Position numbers and translations under genes: made by a program. This document shows positions 9,730 through 18,696 of a DNA stretch of 64,000 bases, piece after piece. Under the pieces are notes generated by a model. The model did no database searches. It was not told the DNA's origin and worked only from the letters and a program-made list of their open reading frames with translations. Numbering within the stretch: position 1 is the stretch's first letter; each line of letters starts with the position of its first letter. The DNA is from Spirochaetia bacterium (GTDB lineage Bacteria > Spirochaetota > Spirochaetia > UBA9216). The DNA lies in contig OY776510.1 of assembly GCA_963675665.1 (NCBI GenBank), positions 2,400,001-2,464,000 of the forward strand, in the 5' to 3' direction.

Positions 9730-10986
9730 ATGAAGTCAGTGAGAAAAATTGGTGTCTGTATCATGCTTCTGGTTTTACTGGGAATTATCCCGGTTTTTGC
9801 CGGTGGTGCACAGGAGAAATCTGATGATGGAGTAGTAAAACTCCAATTCGCAAGCTGGATGGTAGCTGAGGCTTCAGGCGGAGAGGAAATTATCCCTGCA
9901 AAGATAGCTGAATGGGAAGCTGCACATCCCGGTGTTGAAGTGGAAGTTGTTCCTCTTGGATGGGAAGAAACACCGGATAAAATCATCCAGCAGACCATTG
10001 CGAAAAATATGCCTGACATTTTTACTATTGAGTCTTTATGGCTTGGTAAGTTTGAAGGCATGCCGAACTGCGTAGAAGATCTGAGTTCTTACATGGACGC
10101 AGGTTTTACTTCGGAGCTCATTCCTGCATATAAAAGCGGGATTATGAACGGTAGAACCGCCGGTCTGTTGTGGAGTCCGAACCCGATGTTCATTGTTTAT
10201 AACAAGGAGCTGGCAGCAAAAGCCGGGGTCTCCGGAACGCCGAAAAGTCTGGAAGACTGGGTTTCGCAGGCTGAAAAAATAAGCGCCCTTGGAGACGATA
10301 TATACGGTCTCGGTCTGCAGCTGGGTATTGATGAATATTCGGCAGACTTTTTTCATATCCTTGCCTGGATGAAAGGTGCCGATCTTCTTGATGCCTCCGG
10401 AAAACCTGTGGTGGATTCTGCAGAAATGGCCGATACGGTTGATCTTGTCAAATCTCTGGTCGACAGGAAGATTGTTCCCTTCGGTGAGGAAGTAAGAAAT
10501 TTGAGAACGATGTTTGCTCAGGGAAAGCTCGGGTTTTTTATTGAAGGCCCATGGATTGCCGGTATACTGGATGCGGAAGGAATGTCGAGAGACGAATGGG
10601 GCGCTGCTGCTGTGCCTGGAAATGTATCTCCCTGTTCTCACCTGCTGTGTATGTCTGCGCAAACGGAGAATAAGGATCTTGCATGGGATCTTATGAAATA
10701 TATTGTTTCCGAAGAATCTCTTACGAGTGAGTATTTTAAGGGTACCGGTTTGCTTCCGGTAGTGGCATATCAGTATGATAATGCCATTTATAATGATGAG
10801 CCCACCCGAATCGCTTTGGAAGCAATGTCAAATCTTAAGAATCCCAATGTATGGCAATCCCAGAAGAAATATGAAATTGAAATAGCTTTCATGGAGGTTG
10901 TTCAGAAAATCCTTCTTAATGATGACGATATCGGTAGCTCGTTAAGCGCTCTTAATGAGGACATTGCTGAAATCATTTCAGAGTAG
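9730..10986 (+). CDS. Carbohydrate ABC transporter substrate-binding protein (CUT1)
   Basis: Signal peptide ending VFAGGAQE. SBP_bac_1-like motifs (VYNKEL, FAQGKLGFFIEGPW, DLAWDLMKYI). Confidence 0.88.
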   Translation: MKSVRKIGVCIMLLVLLGIIPVFAGGAQEKSDDGVVKLQFASWMVAEASGGEEIIPAKIAEWEAAHPGVEVEVVPLGWEETPDKIIQQTIAKNMPDIFTIESLWLGKFEGMPNCVEDLSSYMDAGFTSELIPAYKSGIMNGRTAGLLWSPNPMFIVYNKELAAKAGVSGTPKSLEDWVSQAEKISALGDDIYGLGLQLGIDEYSADFFHILAWMKGADLLDASGKPVVDSAEMADTVDLVKSLVDRKIVPFGEEVRNLRTMFAQGKLGFFIEGPWIAGILDAEGMSRDEWGAAAVPGNVSPCSHLLCMSAQTENKDLAWDLMKYIVSEESLTSEYFKGTGLLPVVAYQYDNAIYNDEPTRIALEAMSNLKNPNVWQSQKKYEIEIAFMEVVQKILLNDDDIGSSLSALNEDIAEIISE

Positions 10987-10991
10987 TACAG

Positions 10992-11007
10992 AGGGCCTTC
11001 GGGCCCT
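10992..11007 (+). other. C(UUCG)G tetraloop hairpin after SBP gene (probable mRNA stabiliser or partial terminator)
   Basis: AGGGCC-TTCG-GGCCCT. Confidence 0.5.
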
Positions 11008-11030
11008 TTGATTTTAATAGGGGGGTATTG

Positions 11031-11942
11031 ATGAAAGATAGTACTAAACCATTGTCCGGCCATTATCTCAGCGACAGGATGTTTGCTTTCCTCCTGCTTC
11101 TTCCGGCTATAGTAGTGATAATTTTTATTATTGTTGTACCGCTTGTTACCGGAATTTATACAAGTTTTTTCAGATATTTTATGTCTGATTCCAGGGGTAT
11201 GGAATTTGTAGGTTTTCAGAATTATATTAGAATGTTCAGCAGGGGAGCTTTTTGGAATGCCTTTTTGAACACTCTGGTATATGTAGGAGGCTGCGTCCTG
11301 GGAGAGTTTGTAATCGGTTTTACTCTGGCTCTGCTTTTAAACTTTAGTTTCAGGGGCAAAGAGATAATAAACAGCCTTTTCTTTGTGTCGTGGATTATTC
11401 CGTCTATTGTTGTCGCCCTGATAACAAAGTTTTTATTTTTTGATCATTATCACGGAATAATTAATGTAGTACTTCAAAATCTGGGAATAATTGATGAATT
11501 TCTTCCCTGGTTGAAAGATCCAAACCTGGCAATGCCTTCGATACTTATAGCGACTGTATGGAAGATGTTTCCATTCATGTTTGTCCTTCTTTATGCGGGG
11601 CTTCAGGCTATACCGATTTCCGAAATAGAGGCTGCGAGGATAGACGGCGCAAATGCTTTTCAAAGATTTTTCTATATCACAATCCCTAATATGAGAGAGA
11701 TTATTGCCCTTGCCACCGTGCTGGAATTTATATGGATGTTTCAGTATATGACGATTATCTGGACTACAACAAAAGGCGGGCCGGCAGATGTGACTACAAC
11801 TCTACCGGTTATGATTTACAGGGTTTCGTTCAAAGGAAGCATGAATATGGGTTATGCTTCGGCAATAGGAGTTTTCTGGATGCTTTTTCTTCTGGGCTTC
11901 AGTATTTTTTACGTAAAAATGGTCGGAAAGGAGGAGAAGTAG
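11031..11942 (+). CDS. Carbohydrate ABC transporter permease (MalF/UgpA type)
   Basis: FVGFQNY, EAA motif EAARIDGANAFQRFFYITIP, GGPADVTTTL, MGYASA. Confidence 0.92.
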   Translation: MKDSTKPLSGHYLSDRMFAFLLLLPAIVVIIFIIVVPLVTGIYTSFFRYFMSDSRGMEFVGFQNYIRMFSRGAFWNAFLNTLVYVGGCVLGEFVIGFTLALLLNFSFRGKEIINSLFFVSWIIPSIVVALITKFLFFDHYHGIINVVLQNLGIIDEFLPWLKDPNLAMPSILIATVWKMFPFMFVLLYAGLQAIPISEIEAARIDGANAFQRFFYITIPNMREIIALATVLEFIWMFQYMTIIWTTTKGGPADVTTTLPVMIYRVSFKGSMNMGYASAIGVFWMLFLLGFSIFYVKMVGKEEK

Positions 11943-12808
11943 TGAGACAGCCGGGAAAGATGAACAGAACGAGAATAATAAAAACTATCAGAATAGTAAT
12001 TATTATAATTCTGCTTACTATAACATTATCGCCGCTTTACTGGATGGTGAATGTATCATTCAAGAATCAGGATGAAATCTTTCAGATTCCTCCTACTTTT
12101 TTTCCGAACAATTTTACGCTTGAGAATTATAAAGCTATTCTGATTGGAAATTTGTCTTCTTCCATTAAATTCTTAATGTATTTTAAAAACAGCCTGATAG
12201 TTGCAGCATTGACGGTTGTCGTTACTTTGCTGGTTGCTACACCGGCCGCATATGCCCTTTCAAGGGTCCGGTTTAAAGGTAAAAGGATGCTGATATATTT
12301 TGTGCTGATTTCACAGATGTTTCCAATTGTATTGATTCTTATCCCCCTCTATCAATCATTTCTTCGGTTGAATCTGGTCAGTACATTTGCAGGCCTTATG
12401 CTGGCAAATATGATGTTTGCCCTGCCGTTTTCAATATGGATGCTGAAAGGATATTTCGATTCAATACCGGGGGTTCTGGATGACGCTGCCAAAGTTGACG
12501 GTTGCAGTCGTATGCAGGCAATGCTTCTGGTAATCATGCCGAATGTCAGGCCGGGGCTTACTGCTGCAGCTATAGTGGTTTTTATTCAATGTTGGGATGA
12601 ATTCATGATTGCCCTGACCGTAATGGATAAAAATTCGATGAGGACTCTGCCTGTGGGCATTATTCAGTCTTTTGTGGGTGAGTTCTCGATAAAATGGGGA
12701 GAGATGATGGCTGCTTCCGTTATAACGACAATTCCGGTTGTTATCATCTTTATTTTTCTCAGCAAGAATCTTATCGGCGGACTGACTGCGGGCGCTGTTA
12801 AGGGATAA
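11942..12808 (+). CDS. Carbohydrate ABC transporter permease (MalG/UgpE type)
   Basis: DDAAKVDGCS EAA motif, WDEF, TLPVGI, GGLTAGAVKG. Start taken at GTG 11942 (AGGAG SD); ATG 11960 is also possible. Confidence 0.9.
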   Translation: MRQPGKMNRTRIIKTIRIVIIIILLTITLSPLYWMVNVSFKNQDEIFQIPPTFFPNNFTLENYKAILIGNLSSSIKFLMYFKNSLIVAALTVVVTLLVATPAAYALSRVRFKGKRMLIYFVLISQMFPIVLILIPLYQSFLRLNLVSTFAGLMLANMMFALPFSIWMLKGYFDSIPGVLDDAAKVDGCSRMQAMLLVIMPNVRPGLTAAAIVVFIQCWDEFMIALTVMDKNSMRTLPVGIIQSFVGEFSIKWGEMMAASVITTIPVVIIFIFLSKNLIGGLTAGAVKG

Positions 12809-12824
12809 TATTGGAGTATGAATA

Positions 12825-14258
12825 ATGCAAATGAATAATCTGAAGGTGTTATCCGATGAGGAAGTTGCAAACATAGTAAAAGCCTCATCGAGGATCCTCA
12901 GTGAAACAGGAGTCAAAATCGACAGCAGTACTGTTCTTGAAAAGCTTTCAAAAAAGGGCGCTGTAGTTGATTTTAAAGCGGGTATAGCAAGGTTTCCGGA
13001 GGAAATACAAAGAAAATGCCTGGAGTCGGCTCCCAAGGAAATACCTGTAGTTAACCGTAATGGAGAATATCAATTTACAATCGGCGGAGACAGTACTGTT
13101 TTTGCAAGCGGGCATAATGCTGTTTTTTTTGATGACTATATAACAGGTGAGCACAGACAGTTCGTTCGAAAGGACGTCAGAGATTATATTGCGGTTGCTC
13201 ATAATCTGGATGAGGTTGATTTAATCGGTTTGCCGGCCTCGCCTGGAGATGTGCCGCCGGCAAGTTCATTATTATATTCGCTGATGGATACATTTACTTT
13301 AAGTGATAAACCTGTTTATTTCTCTACTGAAAGCGACAGAATAAATCATTATGCAATTGAAATGGCTCAAGCGTCTGCGCCTCTGGCTGTGAATAAAGGT
13401 GCATATATGATCAGCCAGCTGTCTCCCACCTCTCCGTTGTTCTGGGAGAAGGGCGCCGTACAGGGAGTTGTTGAATGTGCGGAAAGAGGGTTTCCTGTTT
13501 CAATCCTTCCTGAACCTATAGCAGGCGTAACGGCTCCATATTCGCTTTCAGGACTTGTGACCGTGCATAACGTGGAAGCTCTTTCGGGAATAATTATCAC
13601 ACAGCTGATTAATCCCGGAACCCCTGTAATATGGGCAAGCAGCTGGACAACTTTTGACATGAAAAAAAGCGCTGCACTTGTCGGTTCTGTAGAAACTACA
13701 CTTTGCAGAATTGCCGGAGCCCAGGTTGCAAAGTATTATAATCTTCCCCTGCATACGACCGCCCCTAATTCGGACAATCATTCGCCTGATGAGCAGAACA
13801 GCTGGGAAAAGACTTTAAGTTCCTTTTGTGCAGCTTCGTCCGGAAATAATCTTATTATGAATATGGGAATGTATGCCTGCGGTATGACTATCAGCCTGGA
13901 GCAGTTAGTGCTTGATGCTGAAATAATCGGTCAGATTAAAAGGTTGAGAGAAGGTGTTGATGCTTCGGTTGATATGATAGCTGAAGAACTGATTGGAAAG
14001 GTCGGATACAGGGGTTCTTATATTATTGAAGATCATACCATAGATTTGTTGAAAACAGGTGAATACCGGGAACCTCTGATAGCTGTCAGGCAGAATCTTG
14101 ATTTATGGAAAGAAAAAGGAGCAAAGAATTCCATGGAACTTGCTCACGCTATGGTTAACAAGTTGCTGTCCCAGCCTTTGCCTGTGGTTGATGATAAAAA
14201 ATATGCAGAGATGTTTTCAATAATTAATACTTGTGAAAAGGAGTTGCTAAATGGCTAA
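12825..14258 (+). CDS. Trimethylamine methyltransferase (MttB) superfamily protein, non-pyrrolysine
   Basis: LKVLSDEEV..ILSETGV, GVTAPYSLSG, QLINPGTPVIW, FDMK, AQVAKYYNLP, SDNHSPDEQNSWEKT, SLEQLVLDAEI. No in-frame TAG. Confidence 0.88.
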   Translation: MQMNNLKVLSDEEVANIVKASSRILSETGVKIDSSTVLEKLSKKGAVVDFKAGIARFPEEIQRKCLESAPKEIPVVNRNGEYQFTIGGDSTVFASGHNAVFFDDYITGEHRQFVRKDVRDYIAVAHNLDEVDLIGLPASPGDVPPASSLLYSLMDTFTLSDKPVYFSTESDRINHYAIEMAQASAPLAVNKGAYMISQLSPTSPLFWEKGAVQGVVECAERGFPVSILPEPIAGVTAPYSLSGLVTVHNVEALSGIIITQLINPGTPVIWASSWTTFDMKKSAALVGSVETTLCRIAGAQVAKYYNLPLHTTAPNSDNHSPDEQNSWEKTLSSFCAASSGNNLIMNMGMYACGMTISLEQLVLDAEIIGQIKRLREGVDASVDMIAEELIGKVGYRGSYIIEDHTIDLLKTGEYREPLIAVRQNLDLWKEKGAKNSMELAHAMVNKLLSQPLPVVDDKKYAEMFSIINTCEKELLNG

Positions 14259-15066
14259 TATTAGTGTGTGTGCTGAATGTTTCTTTACCGATTTGCCTTT
14301 TGCAGAAAGGGTGAAGAAAATAGCTGCTATCGGATACCGGGATATTGAATTCTGGCATCCGGAAGGAACGTTTAACGGAAGTGATATTGATTTTACGCAA
14401 GCCAAGGATGCGGCGACGCTTAACAGTTCGGCCGGTTCGGTCGGCGTGAAATATAATGATTTCGCATTTGGCGCATGGGACGGTTCGATCGGCGGTAATG
14501 CGACAAAAAAAGAAGACCATGAAAAATGGCTGCAGCAGATTGATGCAATGCTGGCTTTTGCTCAAAGCATCTCCTGTCCAAAAGGGATAATTCTTTCGGG
14601 AATGACTCAGCAGGGAATGAATCGTGATCTTATGAACGGGAACCTGTTGATTGCGTTTGGAAAAGCCGCTTCCGCTGCTGAAAAAGCAGGCATTACGCTT
14701 GTGATAGAACCGCTTAACAGTCTTGTAGATCATGCCGGGTATTATCTTGATAAAACCGGTGCGGCTGTTGAACTTATAAGACAAATTAATAGCCCTAACC
14801 TGAAAATGCTGTACGATGTTTATCATATGCAGGTCATGGAGGGGAATATTCTGGATTTTATTGAAAGAAATATCGATATTATCGGACATTTTCATTCTGC
14901 CGGAGTTCCCGGACGTGCCGAATTGTTCGATACGGAAGTCAATTATCCTGTTATTATAAAGAAAATTGATGAACTTGGATATGACGGATGTTTTGGTCTT
15001 GAGTATTTCCCAAAACTGGAAGATGAAGAATCATTAAAAAGAACTCTGGAGTATTTAACTGTCTGA
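14251..15066 (+). CDS. Hydroxypyruvate isomerase (Hyi)-like TIM-barrel sugar isomerase
   Basis: IEPLNSLVDHAGY, LYDVYHMQVMEGN, GHFHSAGVPGR, GCFGLEYFP. Confidence 0.85.
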   Translation: MANISVCAECFFTDLPFAERVKKIAAIGYRDIEFWHPEGTFNGSDIDFTQAKDAATLNSSAGSVGVKYNDFAFGAWDGSIGGNATKKEDHEKWLQQIDAMLAFAQSISCPKGIILSGMTQQGMNRDLMNGNLLIAFGKAASAAEKAGITLVIEPLNSLVDHAGYYLDKTGAAVELIRQINSPNLKMLYDVYHMQVMEGNILDFIERNIDIIGHFHSAGVPGRAELFDTEVNYPVIIKKIDELGYDGCFGLEYFPKLEDEESLKRTLEYLTV

Positions 15067-15088
15067 TTAAGAATTCTGAATAAATAGT

Positions 15089-15133
15089 GAGAGCCTTTAG
15101 TGCTGAATTGCCGCCCGAAGGCTCTTTTTTTTG
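15089..15133 (+). terminator. Intrinsic terminator ending the MttB operon
   Basis: GAGAGCCTT...AAGGCTCTT followed by a T-run. Confidence 0.65.
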
Positions 15134-15204
15134 ATCGCTGGAAAATAAATATCAATAACTAATTTATAGATGACCAGATAACTAAGATATGATATTGTCC
15201 ATGT

Positions 15205-16176
15205 ATGACTGAAATAACTGACAGCAGGATAAAAATAAAGGACAAGTTGGGCGCTGTAGCTGTGCGCCTGGGGTTTTTCAGGGGTTCTTATTCGATTTCT
15301 CCGGGATTATACAATTTGAATAATCCCGATTCAAACTCCCCGGTTTTTGTTTCTGCAAATTATAAATTGTCGTTTGATATTCTCAGAAAATCATTGAAGG
15401 GCATAAGTTGCTGGTTGCTTGTTCTGGATACAAAAGGAATAAATGTATGGTGTGCTGCGGGTAAGGGGACTTTCGGGACCGATGAGCTTGTTGAACGTAT
15501 TGACAAAGTGCAGCTTTCACGTCAAGTGAACCATAAAAATATAATTGTACCGCAGCTAGGCGCACCAGGGATTAAAGCTCGGGAAATCAGGCTGAAAACA
15601 GGATTCAGGGTGATTTACGGGCCGGTTGAAGCCAGGGACATTCCTGAATTTATTTCAAACGGACTAAGAAAATCGGAGCAAATGCGAAGAAAGACTTTCA
15701 GGATCCGTGAACGTCTTGTTCTGGTTCCGGTTGAGCTGATTCATGCATGGAAGCTCCTGCTGCCGATAATTGCTGCCAGTATACTATTCAGTTTCTTTAC
15801 GGCCGGGCCGGAGAAGTTTGATTTGCTTTCTGCTGTTTTGCCCGGTATTCTGGGTGTAGTGTCAGGAGGGCTGTTGATGCCCACGCTCCTTCCCTGGTTG
15901 CCTTTCAGGGCGTTTTCATTGAAAGGGGTATTCAGCGGAGTAATAGTTGCACTGTTATGGCTTATAACGACAGGACCTGAGCTTGCAGCTGCATTGTTCG
16001 GCGGCGGTTTGCTGATAACGTCATCATCCTTTGTGGCAATGAATTTTACCGGATCCTCGACTTTCACTTCATTGTCCGGGGTTAGGAAAGAGATGAGAAT
16101 TGCGGTTCCTGCGCAGATTGTTTCTGTTTTTATTTTTACCGTATCCGCAATTTTTCTTGCTGTTTTTGGAGGTTGA
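15205..16176 (+). CDS. hgcA: Mercury methylation corrinoid protein HgcA
   Basis: Cap-helix motif DTKGINVWCAAGKGTFG, SPVFVSANYKLSFD, PQLGAPG, YGPVEARDIP, and a C-terminal TM domain with MNFTGSSTFTSLSGVRKEM. Directly followed by hgcB. Confidence 0.96.
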   Translation: MTEITDSRIKIKDKLGAVAVRLGFFRGSYSISPGLYNLNNPDSNSPVFVSANYKLSFDILRKSLKGISCWLLVLDTKGINVWCAAGKGTFGTDELVERIDKVQLSRQVNHKNIIVPQLGAPGIKAREIRLKTGFRVIYGPVEARDIPEFISNGLRKSEQMRRKTFRIRERLVLVPVELIHAWKLLLPIIAASILFSFFTAGPEKFDLLSAVLPGILGVVSGGLLMPTLLPWLPFRAFSLKGVFSGVIVALLWLITTGPELAAALFGGGLLITSSSFVAMNFTGSSTFTSLSGVRKEMRIAVPAQIVSVFIFTVSAIFLAVFGG

Positions 16177-16178
16177 TT

Positions 16179-16475
16179 TTGATTTATCTGAAGAATGTTT
16201 CTACGCTTGAGTATGATCGGAACAGCTGTACGGGATGCGGCATGTGTATTGAGGTCTGTCCGCATAATGTTTTTGAGCGCGAAGATGGAAAAGTTAAAAT
16301 TCTTTCAAAAGATCGATGTATGGAATGCGGTGCCTGCATGATGAACTGTGCATTCGATGCAATACGGGTAAATAAAGGAGTCGGTTGTGCTTCTGCTGTA
16401 ATCAATGGAGTTCTGAAGGGGACTGAACCGTCCTGCGGATGCAGCGACGGTAATAGCAGCGGCTGCTGTTGTTGA
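16179..16475 (+). CDS. hgcB: Mercury methylation 2[4Fe-4S] ferredoxin HgcB
   Basis: CTGCGMCIEVCP and CMECGACMMNC motifs, GVGCA, Cys-rich tail (..GCCC). TTG 16179 follows a GGAGGT SD (track start 16173). Confidence 0.95.
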   Translation: MIYLKNVSTLEYDRNSCTGCGMCIEVCPHNVFEREDGKVKILSKDRCMECGACMMNCAFDAIRVNKGVGCASAVINGVLKGTEPSCGCSDGNSSGCCC

Positions 16476-16483
16476 GTGAAGTA

Positions 16484-17512
16484 TCAATCGATAGTATCGG
16501 ATGTTATAATTTCAATCGGAATATCCAGTATATCGGCCTCAGGCGACTGGTGTCTTATCAGGTGATCGAACATGGTTTTTATCAGAAGGTACCCCTGGTA
16601 TTCCGGGTTTTGTCCCAATGTGAAATCGATTGTTCCGTTTTTAAGCAGGTTTACGGTCGCGGGAACAACATCGTGTGAAATAACCTTAATTTTTCCAACT
16701 TTGCCGGCTATCTCCAGGGCCCGGCCTATTCCGGCGCAGCCTCCACCCGTTATGTAAATACCTTTCAGGTTAGGGTGGTTTTGGCAGTATTCAAGAACAA
16801 TTTTAAAAGCTGCTTCAGTCCGGTCCTGGTTTTCCCGGATATCTATAATATTAACGTGTGGGTGAAAGTCGTTGATCCTTTCCTGGAAGCCTCTGAGCCG
16901 GTCCTGGTGACAAGAGAGGCTTTTTGAGCTGATGATTATTCCGATATCGCCTCCTTCGGGAAGGAGTTTGCTCATCAGTCCGGCGGCAGTACGTCCGCCC
17001 CTGAAATGGTTCTGCCCGACAAAGCAGATATCGTCTATTTCCTTAATCTGTGAATTAAAAGTAATAATCGCTGTTCCCTTTTTGCCCATAAGGTTAATCT
17101 TTTCGACAACCTGGGGGTCGTTCAGCGGGAAAACCGCTACGCCTGCAAAGTTTTCATTCTCAAAATGGTTTAAAATACCGATTTGTTCAGCAGGTTCAAG
17201 TGTGCTGAGCATTTTTATTGTTATGTCGATACCGAATAATTTGAATTCATCCCGGGCTTTGTGTATTCCCTGAATGATTTCGTGGACAAAGGGGTTGTAT
17301 TCGGGAGTGAGAATAACTCCTATTCTGGTTTTTTCCTTGCTCATAACAAGGGCTTTTCCAAGATAATTGGGCTTGTAGTTCAGCTCTTTAGCTATTCTGA
17401 GAACACGTTCCCTGGTTTCTGTTTTCACACCCGGACGGTCGTTAAGTACTTTGTCTACCGTACCGCGTGATACTTCCGCCAGTTCTGCGATCTGCTTTAT
17501 TGTAACAGACAC
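16484..17512 (-). CDS. LacI-family transcriptional regulator
   Basis: VTIKQIAELAEVSRGTVDKVLNDRPGV HTH plus a periplasmic-binding-type sensor domain. Confidence 0.93.
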   Translation of the reverse strand: MSVTIKQIAELAEVSRGTVDKVLNDRPGVKTETRERVLRIAKELNYKPNYLGKALVMSKEKTRIGVILTPEYNPFVHEIIQGIHKARDEFKLFGIDITIKMLSTLEPAEQIGILNHFENENFAGVAVFPLNDPQVVEKINLMGKKGTAIITFNSQIKEIDDICFVGQNHFRGGRTAAGLMSKLLPEGGDIGIIISSKSLSCHQDRLRGFQERINDFHPHVNIIDIRENQDRTEAAFKIVLEYCQNHPNLKGIYITGGGCAGIGRALEIAGKVGKIKVISHDVVPATVNLLKNGTIDFTLGQNPEYQGYLLIKTMFDHLIRHQSPEADILDIPIEIITSDTID

Positions 17513-17676
17513 CCTCTGCCTCCAGTAATGTCTATTATATGTGTAAAAAAAAACTTTTGCTATACGTTTTTAAGGAAAAATAACACACGTGCACAATTGA
17601 TTATAAAAATAGTAACGTAAAATTCGTGTTAAGAGTATAAATGAGCAAAAATACGGCAAATATCATCAGAAAAACA

Positions 17677-17724
17677 TTGCAATCCGGGTATTCATATGTT
17701 AACATAAAAATGTGCACGAGCACA
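17677..17724 (+). promoter_or_regulatory. Sigma70 promoter with adjacent LacI-type operator
   Basis: TTGCAA-17-(TGn)TAACAT at 17677-17705. Near-perfect palindrome TGTGCACGAGCACA at 17711-17724, with a second related site (AACACACGTGCACA) at 17582-17595. Confidence 0.7.
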
Positions 17725-17819
17725 ATTTTATGTTGTAAGCTATCAATAAGAAACTGTTTTACATTTATACACAAACATATTTTGGGGTTTGTGTTTGTGG
17801 AATATCAGAAGGAGTGACT

Positions 17820-18692
17820 ATGAAATTTGGAACGTTGTATTCCTACTGGAATAATACCTGGAGCTGTGACTATTTCAGAACAGCTGAAAGGGTAAGACGT
17901 GCAGGTTTTGATATCCTTGAAATAGGAGCAGGGCATCTGCTGGATATGTCAAAAGAGGATATTCTGAAACTGAAGGAACATTCAGCAAATTTGGGGCTGA
18001 CTGTAACCTGTAATATAGGTCCTGCGAAGGACAAGGATGTTGCATCTGCAGATGCGGATACTCGGAGAGCAGGCATTACATTTCTGTCGGATATCATGAA
18101 AGCAATGAAGCTTCTCGGATCAAAAACGCTTGTAGGTGTTCAATATACATACTGGCCGAATGATTTCAGTGATCTTGATAAACCTGCTATCTGGGCGCGC
18201 GGAGTTGAAAGTGTAAAGGAACTCGCGAAAACAGCTGAAGACTGTGATGTGCAGATGTGTCTTGAGGTTGTCAACAGATTTGAGACTCACATTCTAAATA
18301 CAGCAGAAGAGGCTATATCGTTTTGCAATGAAGTAGGGCACAAGAATGTCAGCATACTTCTTGATACATTTCACATGAATATTGAAGAAGACAATATTGC
18401 TGATGCGATCCGGTTGGCAGGCAGCAGGCTTGATCATCTTCATGTCGGAGAAGGAAACCGGAAGCTTCCGGGCGAAGGTTCGCTTCCCTGGACTGAAATT
18501 GGGCAGGCATTACGAGATATTAATTTTACAAAAGGCGTTGTTATGGAACCGTTTTACTTTTCAGGGGGAAAAGTGGGCGAGGATATCAAGGTCTGGCGTG
18601 ACCTCAGTGAAGGTGCAACTGCCGAAGAGATGGATAAGCGCATAGAAACATCCTTAAAATTCCTCAGGAATAAATTCGTCGGTGAGGATTAA
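17820..18692 (+). CDS. Ketose 3-epimerase (D-psicose/D-tagatose 3-epimerase family)
   Basis: MKFGTLYSYW, EVVNRFE, LLDTFHMNIEE, HLHVGEGNRKLPG, VMEPF..GEDIKVWRDLS. Confidence 0.88.
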   Translation: MKFGTLYSYWNNTWSCDYFRTAERVRRAGFDILEIGAGHLLDMSKEDILKLKEHSANLGLTVTCNIGPAKDKDVASADADTRRAGITFLSDIMKAMKLLGSKTLVGVQYTYWPNDFSDLDKPAIWARGVESVKELAKTAEDCDVQMCLEVVNRFETHILNTAEEAISFCNEVGHKNVSILLDTFHMNIEEDNIADAIRLAGSRLDHLHVGEGNRKLPGEGSLPWTEIGQALRDINFTKGVVMEPFYFSGGKVGEDIKVWRDLSEGATAEEMDKRIETSLKFLRNKFVGED

Positions 18693-18696
18693 TTGA

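Noticed and set aside
9730-12808. Missing ATPase gene in the CUT1 transporter
   Set aside because: Normal: CUT1 systems often share a MalK/MsmK ATPase encoded elsewhere.
12825-14258. Pyrrolysine readthrough in MttB
   Set aside because: The ORF is full length with no in-frame TAG, and no pyl genes are in the window.
15205-16478. Selenocysteine in HgcA, or at the HgcB TGA stop
   Set aside because: The HgcA cap-helix codon is TGT (Cys). HgcB already ends in CCC, no SECIS-like hairpin is evident, and a convergent gene ends 8 bp later.
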